From assembly GCA_038142325.1 (NCBI GenBank), contig JAYQJW010000002.1, forward strand, positions 160,001-224,000: a stretch of 64,000 nucleotides of DNA, given 5' to 3'. The DNA is from Gammaproteobacteria bacterium. GTDB taxonomy: Bacteria; Pseudomonadota; Gammaproteobacteria; GCA-002705445; GCA-002716945. The position numbers and the translations under genes are program-made. The notes beneath the pieces were generated by a model. That model did no database searches. It was given only the letters and a program-made list of their open reading frames with translations, and was not told where the DNA came from. This document shows, in pieces, positions 33,848-43,916 of this stretch; position 1 is the first letter of the stretch; every line of letters begins with the position of its first letter.

Positions 33848-33930
33848 AAAAAAGGATTCAAATTAATTTCATTTCAAGTATAATCTAGACAATTTAGAAT
33901 TATACATACTTATACAAATTTTAAGGAAAT

Positions 33931-34410
33931 ATGAGTTCACCAACATCTGATAGAGACTTTTATAAAATCTTTGGTTATATATCATTAGGAATAACTATAT
34001 TGGCTATTTTTATTGCAATTATATCTAAAGTTTTTGCGTCATCAATAACAAATGATAACTATGATGATGCTATCAAACATGCAACTGAAAAGCGTATTGA
34101 ATCATCTGAACGTGTCAATCTTGCAAGTAATCCTACATTTAAATCAGAAGTTATAGAAGTAGCTTCATCTAAATCTGGAAAAGATATCTACAATTCAGTT
34201 TGTATGTCATGTCATATGAGCGGAGCAGCAGGAGCGCCAATAACTGGTAAAGCAGACCAATGGACAGACAGACTAGCCAAAGGAAATGATACTCTATATG
34301 CAAATGCAATCAATGGTATTGGTGTAATGCCTGCTAAGGGCGGCCTAATGTCTCTGAGCGACGATGAAGTAAAGCTTGCTGTAGATTACATGCTAGAACA
34401 GTCTAAGTAA
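33931..34410 (+). CDS. Membrane-anchored cytochrome c5
   Basis: N-terminal TM helix, CMSCH..GAAGAP, MPAKGG, LSDDEV. Confidence 0.93.
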   Translation: MSSPTSDRDFYKIFGYISLGITILAIFIAIISKVFASSITNDNYDDAIKHATEKRIESSERVNLASNPTFKSEVIEVASSKSGKDIYNSVCMSCHMSGAAGAPITGKADQWTDRLAKGNDTLYANAINGIGVMPAKGGLMSLSDDEVKLAVDYMLEQSK

Positions 34411-34416
34411 CTGTTT

Positions 34417-34644
34417 TCATTTTTGATTTAATTTATCCTCTAAATCATCAAGTTTTTTTCTTGTCTTAGCTAGTACTGAACTTTGTACATCAAATTCTTC
34501 TCTTGTTACTACATCTATCTTTCTTAGATAATCATTTAGTAAGATTTTAAGGTTGTCTTTAAAGTCGTTTTTTATGTCAGATGTATTATTTGGCAACAAA
34601 TCAGAGATGCTATCAATCAATTCTTTTAACCTGGGTTTGTCCAT
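34417..34644 (-). CDS. ubiK: UbiK/BMFP family accessory factor
   Basis: KIDVVTREEFDVQSSVLAKTRKKLDDLE; divergent from the glnK-amtB locus as commonly seen. Confidence 0.92.
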   Translation of the reverse strand: MDKPRLKELIDSISDLLPNNTSDIKNDFKDNLKILLNDYLRKIDVVTREEFDVQSSVLAKTRKKLDDLEDKLNQK

Positions 34645-34657
34645 TCCATTCTCCTAA

Positions 34658-34703
34658 TGCACAATATTTGTGCAATCATATGTAATTACATGTATTTTAT
34701 GCA
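34658..34703. promoter_or_regulatory. Tandem NtrC-type enhancer sites
   Basis: TGCAC-N7-GTGCA at 34658-34674 and weaker TACAT-N7-ATGCA at 34687-34703, 100-150 bp upstream of a sigma54 promoter. Confidence 0.8.
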
Positions 34704-34805
34704 ATTTTGTTAAGGTTTAATTAAGTAAACCTTTGGTTACAATGCACTTTATTGTATTATATCGTCAATATTATTGAATATAGAGAATTTTCATTAATAT
34801 TCAAG

Positions 34806-34822
34806 TTGGCATAGTTTATGCA
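34806..34822 (+). promoter_or_regulatory. Sigma54 (-24/-12) promoter of torF-glnK-amtB
   Basis: TTGGCATAGTTTATGCA = GG-N10-GC. Confidence 0.85.
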
Positions 34823-34920
34823 TATCTACTTTCGATAGCTAAAACTATTTATCATAGATAAATGTCAACTATCACTAAAAACTAAATATTTAACCATTTT
34901 CACGTAAGGAGAAAATATAA

Positions 34921-35609
34921 ATGAAAAAATTAATTAGATCATCACTTTCAGTTGCTCTTGCAGCTTTGATGTCTGTATCTATGATGGCTCATTCAGGCGA
35001 TGGTGTAGCTGAAGAAGGAAGTAGTTCTGGCGTAAGTTACAACATTGGATACATGTCTGAATACTGGTATAGAGGTTATTACCAAGCTGAATCTTCAGTT
35101 AGCTTCGGTGCTGATGCAGAAATGGGTAATTTCTATGTTGGTACTTGGTGGGCTGATGTTGATAACGGTGTTGAGTATGACTTATATGCTGGTTACAACT
35201 TCTCATTAATGGGCGTACCAATGTATGCTGGTGTTACAGGCTACTATTATTCAGATAACTTTGATGGCGACTATGAAGAAGTTAACATAGGTGCTGATTT
35301 AGGCTTTATGTCTATTGATGCTGCTATCGATGGCGAATACGATCAACTAGCTGGCGCAGGTAAAGTAGGATATCAATTCTACACTATTACTGTACCTGGC
35401 ATGATGATGGGACTACCACTTGATTATAGTTATCAAACATGGACAGGTGATAATATTTTAGGTCATACACATGAACTATCATATTCAGCAACTGTAAGTG
35501 GAGTTGATGTAGGCTTAACACTTGGTAGAAACGTTGATACTGTCACATAGGCTACCGCGACAACAATAATACAACATACGCAAACTTTACCTTGGGGTAT
35601 AGTTTCTAA
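34921..35609 (+). CDS. TorF-family putative outer-membrane porin; frameshift near 35548
   Basis: Signal peptide, SEYWYRG, FYVGTW, EYDLYAGY; alternative frame ends ..TYANFTLGYSF* (terminal Phe); upstream of glnK. Confidence 0.85.
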
Positions 35610-35619
35610 ATATTTTTAG

Positions 35620-35988
<369 letters not shown>

Positions 35989-36015
35989 TTAAACGTTTTT
36001 AATTAGGAGATTGCG

Positions 36016-37293
36016 ATGGAAGCTTTAGAAGGTAAAGTCATAGAACTTGCTTACGCTCTAGACACATTCTACTTTTTGGTGATGGGTGCATTTGTCATGT
36101 GGATGGCAGCAGGCTTCACCATGTTAGAATCTGGACTCGTTAGAGCAAAAAATACAGCTGAAATTCTTACAAAAAATATATCGTTGTATTCGATATCAGT
36201 CATCATGTACATGATTGTAGGATACAACCTCATGTACCCAGGTGGAGGGACAGGTGTTATCCCTGAATTATCCTTTTTCCTTGGAGAGGACAATACAGCT
36301 GAAGCTGTAATTGCAAGTGGTGGAGATGTGTATTATTCAGGTATATCTGATCATTTCTTCCAGGTTGTATTTGTTGCAACCGCTTGCTCAATAATATCTG
36401 GTGCAGTAGCTGAAAGAATGAAGCTGTGGCCATTTTTATTATTCTGTGTCGTTATGACCAGTGTAATATATCCTGTACAAGGTTATTGGAAGTGGGGCGG
36501 TGGATTCTTAGATGAAGCTGGTTTCTCTGACTTCGCTGGCTCAGGTGTCGTTCACTTATGTGGTGCTGTTGCAGCACTAGCTGGTGTCTTAGTACTTGGA
36601 TCAAGAAAAGGTAAATATGACGGCGGTAAAGTAAATGCTATGCCTGGTGCTAATTTACCCCTTGCGACATTAGGTACATTTATTCTATGGCTAGGCTGGT
36701 TTGGCTTCAATGGAGGTTCAGAACTAATCATATCAAATGTAGCAGAAGCTAATGCTGTATCTATGGTTTTTGTAAACACTAACCTAGCTGCTGCAGGTGG
36801 TGTAATGGGCGCATTACTTCTATCTAAAATGATGTTTGGTAAGTCAGATTTAACGATGGCTCTTAACGGTGCAATAGGTGGATTAGTATCAATCACGGCT
36901 GAGCCGCTTGCGCCAACACCAGGTTTAGCGCTTATTATAGGCCTAATTGGTGGACTAATAGTTGTTTTATCAATTGTTATGTTAGACAAAATGAGAATAG
37001 ATGATCCTGTAGGAGCAATTTCTGCTCATGGTACATGTGGCTTATGGGGACTACTGGCTGTTACTTTAACAGGCGGTTCATTAGGTGCACAAATCTATGG
37101 AGCTTTGATGATATTCCTATGGACATTTATTATGAGTTTAATTTTCTGGTCAATCATCAAAATGTTCTTTGGTTTAAGAGTAACTGAAGAAGAAGAATCT
37201 GATGGTGTTGATATTTCTGAGTGTGGACTAGAAGCATACCCAGAATTTAGTAAAGCTACTGGAGTTAAACCTTCAGTTTATCCAGAACAATAA
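36016..37293 (+). CDS. amtB: Ammonium transporter
   Basis: SGAVAER, DFAGSGVVH, WLGWFGFNGGS, DDPVGAISAHG. Confidence 0.97.
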   Translation: MEALEGKVIELAYALDTFYFLVMGAFVMWMAAGFTMLESGLVRAKNTAEILTKNISLYSISVIMYMIVGYNLMYPGGGTGVIPELSFFLGEDNTAEAVIASGGDVYYSGISDHFFQVVFVATACSIISGAVAERMKLWPFLLFCVVMTSVIYPVQGYWKWGGGFLDEAGFSDFAGSGVVHLCGAVAALAGVLVLGSRKGKYDGGKVNAMPGANLPLATLGTFILWLGWFGFNGGSELIISNVAEANAVSMVFVNTNLAAAGGVMGALLLSKMMFGKSDLTMALNGAIGGLVSITAEPLAPTPGLALIIGLIGGLIVVLSIVMLDKMRIDDPVGAISAHGTCGLWGLLAVTLTGGSLGAQIYGALMIFLWTFIMSLIFWSIIKMFFGLRVTEEEESDGVDISECGLEAYPEFSKATGVKPSVYPEQ

Positions 37294-37302
37294 GCAAATC
37301 CT

Positions 37303-37334
37303 AAGAGAGCGTAGCAACATGCTACGCTCTTTTA
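37303..37334. terminator. Intrinsic terminator hairpin between convergent amtB and speE
   Basis: AGAGCGTAGCA-aca-TGCTACGCTCT (11-bp stem) followed by TTT. Confidence 0.85.
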
Positions 37335-38045
37335 GCTGACATAAATGACCACGTACCAGTCGGGTACAAAGGCATCGAAAAGCTTGTAACATTGTTATTT
37401 ATAAAACCCAAGTCTTTGTACTTTCTCTTTAACGGGTTAATGATAGTTTTTGTGTCTTTTAGTGGAGAACCTGATTGCTGTATAATCACACCCATTTTTG
37501 TAAGAGAAATGTAACACTTTTGCAGAAATCTTTTTGAAAATAAAACTTTTGCCTGATTAACAGGATCTGTTGAATCTATAATAATACAATTATATTTTTC
37601 TTGTGAAGTTTTGAGAAATTTATATCCATCTTCTACAATTATATTTATTTTGTTTTTATCACTTTTTTTGTAATAAAAGTTATTTGAAAAGTATTTTTTT
37701 GATATATCTAACACTTGTTTATCGATTTCAACAACATCTATTTTATTCTACAAACAATTTATTTAATATAAGTTTGGCTATTCCACAGTCACCACCACCT
37801 ATAATTAATATTTTTTTTGCATTTTTTGGTACAATTTTTATACATTCCTCATGATAGTAGTTTTGATTCTTCTCTGACAACATAAAGCAGCCATCTAGAT
37901 ACATTGCATTACCATAGTATTTTGTCTTAAGGACTTCTATCTTTTGATATTTACTTTGACATTGATATAAATATTTTTCATACTCTATTCCGACTGAAGT
38001 TTCAGTTGAAAAGTCGTATTCATAATATATTTTTTTGTTACTCAT
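37322..38045 (-). CDS. speE: Spermidine synthase-like aminopropyltransferase; frameshift near 37742
   Basis: SKYQKI, LDG, YHE, LIIGGGDCG, VEID, DG, IIDSTDP, PLYPTGTWSF. Confidence 0.88.
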
Positions 38046-38095
38046 GATTCGACTAAGTTATTTACTGAAGATAATTATATTGGACTTATTTGATT

Positions 38096-38479
38096 ATGCA
38101 ATTAGAACACAAACATCTAGTACTAAGAGCTGAAATTGATGACTGCCCTAAAGAAGAAGCGCTTCATGAAATACTCGAGTGGATGAAACAATTAATAAAT
38201 AAAATTGATATGAAGTTAATGCAAGGACCATCTATTACTTATGTTGATCAACCTGGTAACCGTGGCACAACATGCATGGCGTTAATAGAGACCAGTCATA
38301 TTGTTATTCATATTTGGGATGAGACCAATCCTGGACTACTTCAATTGGATATATATAGTTGTAAAGAATTTGATCTAAAGTTAGTTGTTACGCATTTAGA
38401 AGAGTATTTCAATGTTTCTAAGATGCAATATAAATTTCTAGATAGAACTACAAATATGACTATTATTGACGAGAACTAG
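38096..38479 (+). CDS. Pyruvoyl-dependent decarboxylase proenzyme of the AdoMetDC (SpeD/SpeH) fold
   Basis: HKHLVLRAE, GTTCMALIET-SHIVIHIW, QLDIYSC; divergent from speE. Confidence 0.85.
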   Translation: MQLEHKHLVLRAEIDDCPKEEALHEILEWMKQLINKIDMKLMQGPSITYVDQPGNRGTTCMALIETSHIVIHIWDETNPGLLQLDIYSCKEFDLKLVVTHLEEYFNVSKMQYKFLDRTTNMTIIDEN

Positions 38480-39311
38480 TTGTTAGTAGTTCATTTTGAT
38501 ATTTTATGCGGGCACTTATCATATCTATTAGAAGACACATTCTTTTATATAGTTGACCTGATTTTGTATAATTAGCTTCTGCTATAAAATCTACTCTATC
38601 AGCATTTAAAAGTTCAGATGATACTTTTTTCTGTTCTTTGCTCTCTTTTGGGTAAACAGAAATTGCATGCCCATTCTGCTTTTTTATTAGTGCCATACTA
38701 GGCACATCGGTCAAGCCGTCTCCAATATATACCATATTTTCAAAAGGAATAGGTCTACATTCTTCTGGCATGTGGCTATTTATTGAATCAGCTATTTTCT
38801 CTTTACCTTTGTTAATTCTAAAAAGGAATTGAGTCTTTACTGTGTCTGTTACTACAGTTTTCGGGAATGTAGCATGTCCATAATCATCAAAGTAATATTG
38901 TGATCCAAAAACATTCGAGAGTTTATTTCTTATCATAGATGATTCTAATATTTCATGATGTCCTGCTGATATAACATAATGAGAAATATTTATTTTTCTA
39001 TGATTTTTTTCAACATATTCATTTATGTTATCAAACCAATTTTTAACACCTTTAAAATATTTTATATTTGATGCCATTATTTTAAATTCTTTTTTTGTGA
39101 TATCAAAATTAAGTTTTTTTGCTTCTGCTATTAATCGTCTCATATAAATCATCATAACTTCACCATCAGATGTTTTAGCTTCATCAAGTATACTTTTCCA
39201 AAATTTCTTTGAGTTTAGTTTTAATCTAGGAATTATTGTATATTCTTGCATTGTCTTGGGAGTAAGAGTTCCATCAAAATCATATACCAATGCTATAGTA
39301 TTTTGTTTCAT
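38463..39311 (-). CDS. HAD-superfamily hydrolase
   Basis: YDFDGTL, VISAG, KTQFLFRINKG, YIGDGLTDVP. Confidence 0.9.
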   Translation of the reverse strand: MKQNTIALVYDFDGTLTPKTMQEYTIIPRLKLNSKKFWKSILDEAKTSDGEVMMIYMRRLIAEAKKLNFDITKKEFKIMASNIKYFKGVKNWFDNINEYVEKNHRKINISHYVISAGHHEILESSMIRNKLSNVFGSQYYFDDYGHATFPKTVVTDTVKTQFLFRINKGKEKIADSINSHMPEECRPIPFENMVYIGDGLTDVPSMALIKKQNGHAISVYPKESKEQKKVSSELLNADRVDFIAEANYTKSGQLYKRMCLLIDMISARIKYQNELLTTSSRQ

Positions 39312-41005
39312 TACATAGAATCCATCGGCTTAATGTCGAGAGTACTCAGACCGTTTATAATAATTTTATCAATACATCTTATTAGCTTAATTCTCTCCAT
39401 TTTGACGATAGAGGTAAGAATTTTTGTATCTGCATAGTAAGAATGGAATGATTTTGATAGTTGGTATAAATAATTTGTTATTAGATCTGGTCTAACTTCT
39501 TCGATGGCTTTGTTAAATGTCTCATGATACTTATTAATCAATTTAAGTATATTGAGTTCATTTTTTTCATTAAGTTGATTGAAATCCTCTTTTAATGATT
39601 TCTTCTCATCAAAATCTCCTAAAATTTTTGTTATCCTGGCATGTGCATATTGAATATAGTAAATAGGGTTATTTTTGTTTCTCTCTCTGGCCTCATCAAT
39701 ATCAAACTCCAGGTGTTGATCTTTCTTTTTGGTGAGATAGAAAAATTTAGTAGCATCCTCACCTATATCTCTGACAAGGTCTTGTATGGGTAAGAAAGTT
39801 CCACTCCTTGTGGACATTGATATTGATTCTCCAGATTTTAAGAGATTAGCAAATTGGACCAGATGAATTTCTAATCTGTTTTTAACATCAAACCCTAATG
39901 CATTAAGTGCAGTCTGTAATCTAATAGCATAATCATGATGATCAGCGCCCCAAATATCTATTAACAAGTCATTTTTTTTAAACTTATGAATGTGATAAGC
40001 AATGTCGGTTGCGAAGTATGTCATGTCTCCATTATTTTTTATGAGTACTCTATCTTTTTCTTCTCCGAAGCTGCTATTTTTAAACCATAATGCTCCATCT
40101 TTTTTATAACTTAAACCTTTCTCATCTATGATAGAAAGCACTTCATCAAGTAATCCAGTTTTATACAACTGACTTTCAAAAAACCAACTATCAAAAACTA
40201 TATTTACTGCGCTTAAATCTTTTTTGATATATTTATTGATTATTTCTTCAACTAATGCGCATCTTGTTTCAAAGTAGTTAGGATGATCTTTTAAATATGA
40301 AATAAGAGAATCTATAGGTTTTTCAAGTAATTTTAATATGTCCTTTTTTTTAAATAAATTAAGTTTATCTTTAAGAGATATCGAGATGTCATTTATATAA
40401 TTACCTTTATAAGTAAACAAACGGCCATCTTCACTATTCTTCTCGTCAATAAAGATATGATCACTTTTCTCAATATGTTGTAAGAAAACACTTACTAATA
40501 ATAAATCAATTTGCCTACCTGCATCATTGACATAATATTCTCTTCTAACTTCATGTCCCTGTAGGGATAAGAATTTTGCAGTAATTTCACCAAGTATCAT
40601 TCCTCGACCATGACCAACATGTAAAGGGCCAGTTGGATTTGCCGAGACATACTCAACATGTACTTTTTTAGATTTTTCAATCTGCTTTGTGTATATATCT
40701 TTTTCATCTAGAATTTCATTAATTACTTGATACTTATTTTGATTGGACAGGAAGAAGTTTATATATCCTGGTGGTGCAACCTCTATCTTTTCAATTGTTT
40801 CATCAGATTCAATAGCATTAATTATATCTTGTGCAATGATTGTAGGTTTTTTCTTTAATATCTTTGCAAGCTTCATGGCAACATTAGTGTAAAAATCACC
40901 ATGAGCGCTATCTGATGTTCTATTTACCTCAATATCTATATTATCTTTATCACAACCAAGCTGATCCATTGCTCTTGCAATGAGTATTTTAATGTTATTA
41001 TTCAT
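39311..41005 (-). CDS. argS: Arginine-tRNA ligase
   Basis: VSANPTGPLHVGH, EYYVNDAGRQ, WGADHH, MSTRSG, YIQYAHAR. Confidence 0.97.
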   Translation of the reverse strand: MNNNIKILIARAMDQLGCDKDNIDIEVNRTSDSAHGDFYTNVAMKLAKILKKKPTIIAQDIINAIESDETIEKIEVAPPGYINFFLSNQNKYQVINEILDEKDIYTKQIEKSKKVHVEYVSANPTGPLHVGHGRGMILGEITAKFLSLQGHEVRREYYVNDAGRQIDLLLVSVFLQHIEKSDHIFIDEKNSEDGRLFTYKGNYINDISISLKDKLNLFKKKDILKLLEKPIDSLISYLKDHPNYFETRCALVEEIINKYIKKDLSAVNIVFDSWFFESQLYKTGLLDEVLSIIDEKGLSYKKDGALWFKNSSFGEEKDRVLIKNNGDMTYFATDIAYHIHKFKKNDLLIDIWGADHHDYAIRLQTALNALGFDVKNRLEIHLVQFANLLKSGESISMSTRSGTFLPIQDLVRDIGEDATKFFYLTKKKDQHLEFDIDEARERNKNNPIYYIQYAHARITKILGDFDEKKSLKEDFNQLNEKNELNILKLINKYHETFNKAIEEVRPDLITNYLYQLSKSFHSYYADTKILTSIVKMERIKLIRCIDKIIINGLSTLDIKPMDSM

Positions 41006-42967
41006 AATTCAATGGGATCAATATCAACGTTCCAATTAACTTTATTTTTTAAGTTAGCCAAGTATAGCTCAATTTTTGAGATATTTTCTGACAAAACACT
41101 TGGGCTGTTGGAGCCTATTAGTAATTCATATAGATGTTGACTGTTTTTTTTTAATTTTTTAGATTGAGATGGACCGTATATAAAAACAGACTTCGAATTA
41201 TACATTTGTTTCAAGTCTATCAATATAGATTTGGTGTTAATTTTATTTCTAGACCACATTTGTAACAATGCAATATGACTAAATGGAGGTAAATTAACAT
41301 TCTTCCTCTGATCTAAACCAATTTCACTGAATTTCTCATAGCCTTGATTTAAAATAATCTTGAGCAGGTTATGATTTGGATTATATGTTTGAATATACAC
41401 GTTACCTTCTTCTTTTTGTCTCCCAGATCTACCTGCTACCTGTGTAATTAATTGAGCGGTTTTTTCTAGACCTCTAAAATCCGTACTATATAACCCTGCG
41501 TCTATGTTGATTATACCGACCAAATCAACATCTCTGAAGTCATGCCCTTTAACAATCATTTGTGTTCCTATAAAAATATCTATTTCATCATTATGCGCTT
41601 TATCAATAAAGTCATTGAGTTCTTTTTTTGAGGATATATTGTCACTGTCTACTCTGAGTATTCTTTTATCTGGAAATAAATTCTTTATTTTATTTTCTAT
41701 TCTCTGTGTTCCAATGCCTAATGGCATTAGTTCAGGATGATCGCAACATTTCTCTACTTGTTGTAAAGATTGTTTAAATTCGCACTTATGACAAATCAAT
41801 CTATCAATATTTTTGTGATATGTCATATAGCTATCGCATTTTAGGCATTTAACAATTGTTTTACAGTTGCTACATATAACTGAATTACTAAAACCTCTCC
41901 TGCCTAGAAATAAAATAATTTTCTTTTTTCTTTTCAAAACATCAGACATTTTATTTTGCAGAGTTCTTGTAATGCCCTCAATAGGTTGATCGATAGAACA
42001 ATCGATTATTGTTATCAGCGGCGACTTTGATTTATGAAATCTTTTGGTCAATCGGTATTCTTTATATTTATTAGAGGAAATATTATGTATGGTCTCAAAT
42101 GATGGCGTTGCACTTCCAAGTATGACAGGACATTTAAAATGTTTTGCCCTTAAAATACCAATATCTCTAGCATTGTATCTAAATAATTCATTTTGTTTAT
42201 ATGAGCTATCATGATCTTCATCTACAACAATTAAACTTAAATTATTAAATGGCAAGAAGATAGATGATCTTGTTCCTATTACTATTAATTTATTATGTGA
42301 TGAACATTCTTTCCATACTCGATATTTTTGAACTGCGGTTAGATTAGAATGATATTGCATAGGTTCAAAACCCAGATATTTTCTGAATCTATCAAATGTT
42401 TGAGGAATTAAATTAATTTCTGGAACCATAATTAAAACTTGTTTATCTTCCTTGAGAATCTGTTTACTAATATTTATGTAAAGTTCTGTTTTACCCTGAT
42501 CCAGTAACGCCTCTAATAACATTAACTTGAAATTTATGAATATCCTTATTCAAACATTTGCTTATTTTGTTTTGTTCATCGTTAAGTAAAATTTTTTCTG
42601 GATTAATTTTACTAAGGTCTTCAATTTTCTGTCTAGGCTCCTTATTTTCTTTTCTGTAGTGAGGTGTAATTGCAGTAAAAATAACTTGTCCAATCGGATG
42701 ATGGTAATAGGATGCAGCCCACTTACATGTTTTAAGCATTTCTGACGAAATTATAGGCTCGCAATCTATTAAGCGATCTATACTTTTAATTTTATAGACT
42801 TGTGACTCCTCACAATATGGTAATAAATCAATTATTACACCTATTCTTTTTGCCTTACCAAAGGGTACAGATACCCTAGATCCTGGTTTAGCCATTTTAT
42901 CAGTTATTGAATAATCAAAAGCTTTATTGACTGGAACATCCAAGACAATTTTGGCGAGTTTTTGCAT
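41002..42967 (-). CDS. priA: Primosomal protein N' (replication restart helicase); frameshift near 42495
   Basis: FDY, VPFG, GVTGSG/KTE, VPEI, GSATP, Cys-rich region, GTQMIVKGHDF, QVAGRSGR. Confidence 0.95.
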
Positions 42968-43019
42968 CAATATATTATAGACTGCTTTTTTGTGCATTTT
43001 GTTATATCTTTTAATGACT

Positions 43020-43240
43020 TTATCCACAGTTTCTGTGGATAAATCTGTGTATAAATCTAAATTTAATTGATAATCATTATATTTTGTAATACCTCTCTCA
43101 TATTGTTCAATTTATAATCAAATATAAAAAAATATATAAATCATATAGATAGGGAAAAAATAACTTATTGAGATTATGTTCCTATAGATAAATAGCTGAA
43201 AATATGTCTTTATTAGTATCGTATGATACCTGTTGATAAA
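43020..43240. promoter_or_regulatory. DnaA-box cluster with adjacent AT-rich tract (candidate oriC or DnaA-binding locus)
   Basis: TTATCCACA 43020-43028, TGTGGATAA 43034-43042, TGTGTATAA 43046-43054, near-match TGTTGATAA 43231-43239; largest intergenic gap in the window. Confidence 0.65.
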
Positions 43241-43325
43241 TTCATCAAAATAGTGCATGTATCTACTTAAATTAATATAAATTTAAGAATATGAGCCAAG
43301 ATTTAATGTAAAATATAATCGGAAT

Positions 43326-43904
43326 ATGGATATTACCAAACAAATTCTTAGATTAAACTACGCTGGCCTACCAATTGAGTGGATAAGCTATCAAACAGCT
43401 GTAAAACTCTACTGCAACGAGCAGGTTACCTATGAGTGTGGGAACAGCACTTTATTGGTCAGAGGGGGTTATAGTAGGCTCACAGGAGAGCAAAGCAAAA
43501 TTGAAATTAACTCGATTATAGCAACTAAGAATTACAGTAAAGTCTCATACACTAAATATACACCACCGCTATCAAATACGACTCTATTTCAAAGGGATGC
43601 GAAAACTTGTATGTACTGCGGTGAGCAATTTCCATTTAAGAGTTTGTCAAGGGACCATATTATCCCGTTATCAAGAAATGGAGAGGATAAATGGATGAAT
43701 TCTGTTACTGCTTGCAGGAGATGCAACAATCAAAAGGGGGATAAAACACCTGAAGAAGCTAACATGCCATTAATTGCAATTCCTTTTATACCCTCTAGGA
43801 TTGAATATCTTATATTGAGAGGAAGAAAGATTTTAAGTGATCAAATGGATTTTCTGCTATCACATGTCCCGAAGTCTAGCCTTCTTCATAAAAGATTTAA
43901 ATAA
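43326..43904 (+). CDS. HNH endonuclease (McrA-like, Zn-binding)
   Basis: LFQRD..CMYCG, DHIIP, N.VTACRRCNNQKG.KTPEEA.M.L. Confidence 0.93.
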   Translation: MDITKQILRLNYAGLPIEWISYQTAVKLYCNEQVTYECGNSTLLVRGGYSRLTGEQSKIEINSIIATKNYSKVSYTKYTPPLSNTTLFQRDAKTCMYCGEQFPFKSLSRDHIIPLSRNGEDKWMNSVTACRRCNNQKGDKTPEEANMPLIAIPFIPSRIEYLILRGRKILSDQMDFLLSHVPKSSLLHKRFK

Positions 43905-43916
43905 CTAGGTAAATAG

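Noticed and set aside
36069-36989. Long antisense ORFs (e.g. 36552-36989, 45408-45830, 63214-63576, 4641-5027)
   Set aside because: Shadow frames opposite well-conserved genes, explained by codon bias; no recognisable motifs.
43063-43082. Fur-box-like TGATAATCATTAT upstream of HNH-hemH
   Set aside because: 14/19 match in extremely AT-rich DNA and more than 200 bp from the apparent HNH promoter; cannot be distinguished from chance.
43326-43904. HNH gene as an anti-phage or restriction system or homing endonuclease
   Set aside because: No methyltransferase, ATPase, intron/intein or defence-island neighbours; the context is housekeeping.
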